A stretch of 59,831 bases of DNA, counting the filler, from Dugesia japonica (Eukaryota), in the NCBI GenBank assembly GCA_001938525.1. It is 6 parts of 6 records of this genome, joined end to end, with 100 filler letters (N's around TTAATTAATTAA, not from the genome) between each part and the next. Parts side by side here need not be neighbours in the genome. Positions count along the whole stretch, not along the records: positions 49,925 to 59,831 come from MQRL01604656.1; 5 more parts are not named here. The stretch is one strand, 5' to 3'. Position numbers and translations under genes: made by a program. The notes under the pieces are model-generated. The model ran no database searches and was not told the origin of the DNA. It saw only the letters and a program-made list of their open reading frames with translations. Shown one piece after another: positions 52,301 through 59,831 of this stretch. Positions within the stretch are counted from its first letter, which is position 1. Each line of letters opens with the position of its first letter.

Positions 52301-55264
52301 ATGTAAATAATTTCGAATTGATAAAATTATATTTTCGATTCCATAATTCAATAACAATCGTTAAATTTGCTATCAAATTTTTATCATCGAGAAAATGACT
52401 GTATTGATTTTTATAATTATCAGTATCTTTACTTAGACTATTGCTTTCAGTTTTTGTTTTAAAAGTTGGTAAAGTATTGAAGAATGTTACCAAAGATGTG
52501 TTATCAACATGATGATATTGAAAATGTATTAATTTTAAAACTTTTACAAATAATTCCGGATTTTCAATTATTTCTCGAACATTTGGGCTGATAATATTTT
52601 TATCAACAACAAGATGAGCATTATTTACTATTAATTGCAATTGTTCGTCGTTATTTAATGCATCATCAAGAAAATCAGACATTTCTCCATACATTATTAA
52701 AATCTCTTCACCTGGATCTGCTTCATTTGTTATTCTCGATAATTTTGCTTCTGTTTGAACACTAGTGAGATTTTTAATAAAAACTGAAGTCATTTCTTCT
52801 GTAGCTGGAACATTTAATGTAATTATTTTAATGGTTTCGCTTACAATTAATAGAATTTCAAATAATTCACTTTTATTCGTCATTATATTCAAAATGTTAT
52901 CGCAGCTTTCTCCGACATTATTCGTAATCAATGTTTTTATTTTGAAAAAGTTTTCTTCGTTCAATTTCCTTTCTACTGAAATATTACTTGAATACGCTTC
53001 TTCAAAATTAGTCAATTTGTTATCGTCAACTATTTGTTTTTCAGTCAAATCACTAAGTCTATGAAATGTATCTTCAAATTTATCATCATTTTCGCCTAAG
53101 CTTTCATTTTGACCAATTATTTCTAAGTTTTTATCATCAATGGCAAAATCATTTTTCTGATCCACTTCTTCAATATTTTTATTTATTTCATTAACCACTA
53201 AATCATGATTTTCTTTATTATCATTGNNNNNNNNNNNNNNNNNNNNNNNNNNNNNNNNNNNNNNNNNNNNNNNNNNTCTTCAAAATTAGTCAATTTGTTA
53301 TCGTCAACTATTTGTTTTTCAGTCAAATCACTAAGTCTATGAAATGTATCTTCAAATTTATCATCATTTTCGCCTAAGCTTTCATTTTGACCAATTATTT
53401 CTAAGTTTTTATCATCAATNGCAAAATCANTTTTCTGATCCACTTCTTCAATATTTTTATTTATTTCATTAACCACTAAATCATGATTTTCTTTATTATC
53501 ATTGATAACTTTTTCTTTATTATCTTGAATATCATAATTAATATCCTGTTCTATACTACCTTTAATATCAAAATTAATATCCTTTTCTTTATTAACCTTA
53601 ATATCATAATTAATATCCTTTTCTATACTACCTTTAATATCATAATTAATATCCTTTTCTTTATTAACCTTAATATCATAATTAATATCCTTTTCTATAC
53701 TACCTTTAATATCATAATTAATATCTTGTTCTTTATTAACTTTAATATTATCTTTAATTATATTTTTTTCACTTACCAAATGATTTTCAATTTGATCTTT
53801 ACTTTTTTCTTTTAAATTACTATCAACATTCTCATTTTCATTAATTACCGAATTGATTTTTTCTGAGCTTTGAACATGGGTTTTAAATTCTACATAATTT
53901 TCAGTAACATTTTCAACTTCTGGCTCTTTGAAACCTTGTTTTTGATTTTCATAAGGTTCTGATGTACGAGTTTGCACATTTTTAATTTCTTCCCATTTCT
54001 CTGAGGCTACAATTCCTGTTTCGTATTCTTGGGAAAGTGATTTCTCGTTTACTATTCTCGTGTTATCAATTGATTTGTCATCAATTAAAGATGTGTTGAT
54101 TTCTGTTTTTGTATTTGTAATGGTTTTTTCATTAATTACTGAATTTTCATCAATAATATTTTTAATTTCAGTCGGATAAGATCGTATTTCATATGAACTT
54201 GGAATTATTTGATTGTCTGTTTGTGATTCTGAATTGACAGTATGAAGCAATTTAATATTAGTCGAATCATCTTTAGTTACATGTTCGATATGTAAATTTT
54301 CTTTTCTCTTATTCAAAACCTGTTGTATTTTTTTATTACCGGTAGATATTTTCAATTTTTCATTTATTGCTTCAGAATTAGCTTTTGCGGCTTTCATTTG
54401 TATAATGAATGCATATAATTGTTGAATTTCGTCCATATTCAAATCGAGCAGTAGGCTCGGGTCTTGTGTTTCAAGAACTGTTTTTAATAAATTTCCAAGT
54501 TTCTCAGAAAAATCTTTTGAACTATCATCTGTATTTTCGAAATTCCTATAAAGAAAATCGTCTGTTTGAGCAAATTTATGTTTTACTTGGGGTTTTGTTG
54601 GAAAAGGGCTCATTAGTGATCTAACCATCAACGGTCTTGTTGATAAAAGTTCTTTGCAATTTTTTGCAGTTGTTGGTTCCTTTGTATTATAATCTTTATT
54701 TTTCGAAGGCAACCAAGTATTTTTGCAAGTTTGTTTATTATATCTAAGCAATGCATTTTCCAAATAACTCAGTAAAAAATCCTTTTCTAGTTTTTGTAAT
54801 TTCCAGTTGACAGGTTTCGTTTCTGGATTGAAATGATCAATTACCGCATCTAATTTGATTTCCGAAACATTATTTTGTTGATTTCTTTGTTGTATGAAAA
54901 CACTTTTACTAAATTTAACTAATTTATCAACTTTATCAGTCATATTATTGTGACTTATTTGTTTGTAAAAACTCTGCGGTTTATCAGACAGTTGAAGTTT
55001 GATTCTTTTATATTTCCCATATTTATCTTGTTTCGAATGAGATTTTTTCCGTTTTATATTTTCAAAGATTTGTGATCGATAAACTTTTCGTTGAATGAAA
55101 ATAAGCTCTCTTTTAATACCGTTAATTGAAGCATGAATAGGATATGTGAATATTCGATTAAAATTACACCGACTCACTCGATTGTCAATTGTTTCAGATT
55201 TTTCATTTCTATATTTCATAAATTTTAACTTAAAATAGTTAGAAAAATAAAAGAAACCAGACAA
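49375..55264 (-). CDS. Large (about 1700 aa) acidic, low-complexity protein of unknown function; one giant exon plus small 3' exons
   Basis: The 688-aa and 1048-aa ORFs overlap through sequence duplicated across the gap at 53227-53276, so they are one frame. Candidate small GT-AG exons at about 49648-49678, 49474-49594 and 49375-49417. No recognisable domain. Confidence 0.7.
53500..53750 (-). repeat. Coding tandem repeat, alternating 36-bp units
   Basis: DINYDIKGSIEK and DINYDIKVNKEK alternate, about 7 units. Confidence 0.9.
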
Positions 55265-58200
55265 AAATTCGTTAGATAAATTTAATCAATTATTTATCAA
55301 TAATAAATATATAAATACTTTGCTAATTAAAAATATATAGAAACCCATCTCGTTTTATACTTTTTTTACACAAATTTGGAGTTACATGGTTAAAAAATGT
55401 GATGCTACTTTGTTAAAGATGTATTTGATTAATCATGATTTCGAAATCATTGTCTTATAAATACATGCATGACCACGGACGATCTAGTACAAATAGCAGT
55501 CTTTGGAATCAATGCATGAAAAAGTTTACATTTTTACCACATTTCAAAAATTAGACAGCAATACACCCTGCTTTTATGAGGTATTTACTGGAGAATTTTC
55601 TTATTCGATTACTCTTATCTACACATTTTGTATAATAGTTACATAACAAATTACATCATTAAATTGTTCTGAATAAACATATCTACTGTGTAAAAAAGGG
55701 TTTATCATTTTTTTCAGAAAAATTTTCTATTAATTTGGACATGGTTAGAAGTTACTAAAATTTAAACTTCAAAATAATAATAGAAATTAAAGTTGAATTA
55801 ATTGAAAACAAATTAAGAGAAAAAAATATATTAAATTCATTTATTTATACTACACCAAACCCTTAATTAGTTCTCTTTTTGTATGTTTGGCCAGATAACT
55901 CAATTTATGTCGATAATAGCCTGCATAGTCATTATTTTTGATTCAAAGTGAAACTTTATCACCTTTAAACTAACGGATATTAACAAATAATATGACAACT
56001 CAAATAATATGACCATAATCAAAATCTTTTGGTAACACTTTTTAAATAGTATGACCATAAAATATATACTTATTATTTCTTCAATATTCATGTTTGAATA
56101 ACTTATAAAAATAGTTTAATTGTGTCTGACCAAACTTATTAATTATTTAAATTTTTATTTTTTTGGTCATACTATTTAAATATTCTTGTTGGGGTATATA
56201 TGACACTTGAGCTCTAATCCCGATTTAATGAAATTTATTTATCTGACTGAGTTCAGAACAGGTGCGTCTCTGAATTGATTTTAACTTAAATAAATAAATA
56301 TTACTATTATTTGAATTGAATTAAAACTCATCTCAATAATCAANATATATTTGAACTTTGATTACAAATTATTTTCTACAAAGATTTCACAATTTTTCAC
56401 AAAAATTATAAAATCCTAATTCTTCAGAAAATCGGCGAAATATACATAAAACTGAACTCGTTTATATAGTTCTCCAAACATGCACGCGCAAGTTGACTTA
56501 AAAAATTTTCCAATAAATTTTACAACAACAGATAATGCTTCAGGCCCACACTTGATTTGACTTTTAAAAATATTCACCAATAAAACAACTCATCAAATAA
56601 AATTCAAGAATGATTTTCCAATCAAATGATTTAGCCACATCAAAATTACATTGGTCGCACATCAACTTCAAATTTTCGCTATCAGCAGATTGTTTGAGAT
56701 CAAACCCCTTACAATTTTAAAATAACTCAATGTTCTCTCATAATTGTAAACAAGCTCTATATTTCTCATGTGTAAAATATTTTATGTCAAAATTAATTAT
56801 TTCATCTACATTAAATTATGCAAAATTTTCATAATGTATTTTTAACTATATTCTTATCTACAAAAACAATTTTGCATTATTTACGATTTTGAGTATGTTT
56901 TAAGTTAGTTTAAATTTTTGTGTGGTTGGTGATCGTTTTTCTTGAAATCTTTTTTGAAAAAGATTTAAATTTAAATGAAAAATTAAATGACGAATAAGTA
57001 ATTGTTTTAAATTTTGAAATCAAATTTTAATAAATAAACTGAAAATTTCTTTTAAAATCTGATTTAAAAGATCAAATGATTTTAAATAGATTTTAAAAAT
57101 CTTAAGAAACGATCACTAATTTAAAACAGGAATTTAATTTGTTAAAAAACACAATTATTGTTGTCAAAGTTTTTATTTTAATAAATTTATGGAGTTGAAT
57201 TCTGATGTTAAGGATTTGATGAGTTTTCCAAACTCTCCTAAAAACGATGATTCAGATTTTATTTTAAATTTTATATTTATTATCAAAATGTGTTTCTATT
57301 TTAGGTACACCCTTATTATCATAAATTAATTTTAAGTTGTTTATTTTATTATTCATATTAATTTTTATTTTTACAATTTTATTTACAGTATTATATACAT
57401 TTAGATTTTAAAACTTGATATGTTTTGATTTATTTTGAGCTTTTTGAATTTCAAATTAATATTTTTATTTTATTTTTTTACTTTCTATTGTTTTTACATA
57501 TTATTCCTCAATTACTACAGTATGACTCATATTATTTGGTAATATTCGTTATTTATTTCCACTTTGTAAATTTTAAAAACGCTGAATATGGTGGAAGGTA
57601 AACACGTCGAAGTTGAAGTTCACAAATATTTTCTCTCCTCATAAATAGAACGACGAATTGGCGCACGGTCCATTATAAATACTCCACAACAATATTGTTG
57701 AATGAGTGTAAGATACTCATCGTTGAATTTTTAAAAAAATATTTATAAAATTTTAATTTAATTTAATTATTTTAAATAAATTAAATCAGCTTTATAACTT
57801 GAGATGACAATTTTANNNNNNNNNNNNNNNNNNNNNNNNNNNNNNNNNNNNNNNNNNNNNNNNNNTTGATTTATTTTGAGCTTTTTGAATTTCAAATTAA
57901 TATTTTTATTTTATTTTTTTACTTTCTATTGTTTTTACACATTATTCCTCAATTACTACAGTATGACTCATATTATTTGGTAATATTCGTTATTTATTTC
58001 CACTTTCTAAATTTTGAAAGGATTTAAAAACGCTGAATATGGTGGAAGGTAAACACGTCGAAGTTGAAGTTCACAAATCTTTTCTCTCCTCATAAATAGA
58101 ACGACGAATTCTCGAACGGTCCATTATAAATACTCCACATCAATATTGTTGAATGAGTGTAAGACACTCATCGTTGAATTTTAAAAAAAAATATTTATAA

Positions 58201-58554
58201 AATTTTAATTTAATTAAATTATTTTAAATAAATTAAATCAGCTTTATAACTTGAGATGAAAATTTTAAAAATCACTTAAAAATTTTCGTTAAAATACTAA
58301 AAAATATTTATTTATTAATGGAAAATTTTATCTAATTTTATTTTATTTATTATAAATATTTTATTTTACAATTGCAATTATTGTGAAAATAATTGTTGGA
58401 CGTAACCATTGATCGTTTTTCAGAATTCATTTAAAAAAAACTTCGATCTTGTTTTTTGATTAAAATTTGTTTTAAATGAATAAATATTTCATACATTATA
58501 AATAAAATTTTTTAAAAAAATATTTAGACTATAATGCACAAAATAATTCTAAAA

Positions 58555-58700
58555 TAACCGGCTTAATAATTACCCTAACCTTTAATCTTCGTGCAGACTT
58601 AATATTATTAATCCCCGCTCAGACTTAATATTAATAATACCCGTGCCGATTCAATATTAAAATTCCCTGGGCAGACTTGATATTATTTATCCCCGAAAAA
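58555..58700 (+). repeat. Degenerate tandem array of about 29-bp units (CAGACTTAATATTA...CCC)
   Basis: 4-5 copies; the core resembles the CAGTCTTGATATT array at 4420-4970. Confidence 0.65.
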
Positions 58701-58787
58701 GTATTTAATACAGTAATAAAGAATAAATAAATTTAAATTAAAATAACATTTATTTAATAACAAACTAAATTAATCAACATAAATTTA

Positions 58788-59400
58788 TTAACATTGTCTT
58801 TTATTAGACTCAGGATAGATAGAGTCGATAAATTTTCTTTTCAAATCATTTTTCTTTCCAGAACAATATTCACAATCAATATTTTCTTTATGATATTCGT
58901 TGAATATGTTCATAACTTTTTTGATATCAACTCCGGTCATATGTTTAATTTTAAACCATAACAATTCTGGTGCGCAGTATAGTATTTCTTCTCTTAGTTT
59001 TGAATAATTAGTTTCAAGTAATTTGATGAACAACTCTNNNNNNNNNNNNNNNNNNNNNNNNNNNNNNNNNNNNNNNNNNNNNNNNNNNNNNNNNNNNNNN
59101 NNNNNNNNNNNNNNNNNNNNNNNNNNNNNNNNNNNNNNNNNNNNNNNNNNNNNNNNNNNNNNNNNNNNNNNNNNNNNNNNNNNNNNNNNNNNNNNNNNNN
59201 NNNNNNNNNNNNNNNTATTCATTATTTAAATAATAAATTAATAAAAATAACTTACCTATAGCTTCAAAAAATGTTTCATTCTCCTCTTCTAACAATGAAG
59301 ACAATTCTTCATTCATTTCTACAACATTTTGTTGATTTTCATGAGAATAATTTATATCAATATTGTCAACGATATCATATATAACTTTATCTAAATTCAT
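58788..59400 (-). CDS. Intronless hypothetical protein spanning an N-gap, possibly element-borne
   Basis: Two ORF halves on either side of the gap, with a CxxC near the C-terminus. Flanked by repeats related to other element-derived regions (58400-58450 matches 8735-8790). Confidence 0.4.
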
Positions 59401-59831
59401 AGTTGATAAAATGAAAATTGTTGATTTTGTTTATATAGATCATTGTTGACAACGTATTGCATTTTCTTTGTTTAACTTGCATTCTTATTGTGCACCTACA
59501 TTACTCATGCTCTTTGTATACTAGCATTTATGTTACATTTTCTTTGTTTAACTTGCATTTATATTGCACAAGTATGACTCATGCTCTTTGTTTTAGTTGC
59601 ACTCTTGTTGCAATGTCTTTGTTTAACTTTCATTCAAGTGGCACATGTATGACTCATAGTTATTTTAAACTTGCATGTGTATTGCATTTTCTTTCTTTTA
59701 ATTTTCTTTATCGAACTTATAATTTTGAGTCCTAAAGAGGACTGATATACTCTCAATCAATATTTGTGGTTCTAAAGAGGATCGGGACACGTTCACATAT
59801 ATACATTTTTCTTCTTTTTCCTAATTATAAA

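Noticed and set aside
52998-53505. Two separate large genes or an internal duplication
   Set aside because: The same sequence is repeated on both sides of the gap, so this is a contig overlap within one ORF.
50263-54624. Plus-strand ORFs within the large gene (and similar ones opposite the mariner and Gypsy ORFs)
   Set aside because: Antisense shadows of real coding sequence.
57424-58262. About 390-bp direct repeat resembling LTRs
   Set aside because: Copies directly flank an N-gap and are near-identical; likely assembly overlap.

Overview
Very AT-rich, gappy animal draft scaffold with 42-45 bp introns and artificial TTAATTAATTAA gap linkers, dominated by decayed mobile DNA. Host genes: a spliced ATF6 (bZIP, TM and luminal domain; about 11.4-17.6 kb), a C-type lectin-domain gene (about 22.4-23.1 kb) and a large low-complexity gene (about 49.4-55.3 kb). 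Mobile DNA: several mariner/Tc1 remnants, Ty3/Gypsy remnants, a Penelope fragment and many pieces of a Polinton/Maverick (adintovirus-like) system. These pieces are an integrase-penton-X-major capsid-adenain module (1-3328), a packaging ATPase next to a 1.3-kb terminal repeat, a second protease fragment, a 2.4-kb TIR-bounded element carrying only protein-primed PolB (5/6 match to a 6-bp TSD) and a 1.45-kb non-coding TIR element (perfect 6-bp TSD). Six ends share the 21-nt motif AGTAG-N4-ATAGT-N-GCGCAC and a seventh is a divergent version, while subterminal sequences differ between elements. The lead hypothesis is a multipartite (segmented) Polinton-like virus with satellite elements; the alternative is ordinary internally deleted Mavericks. 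All family assignments come from motifs read by eye; no database search was run.
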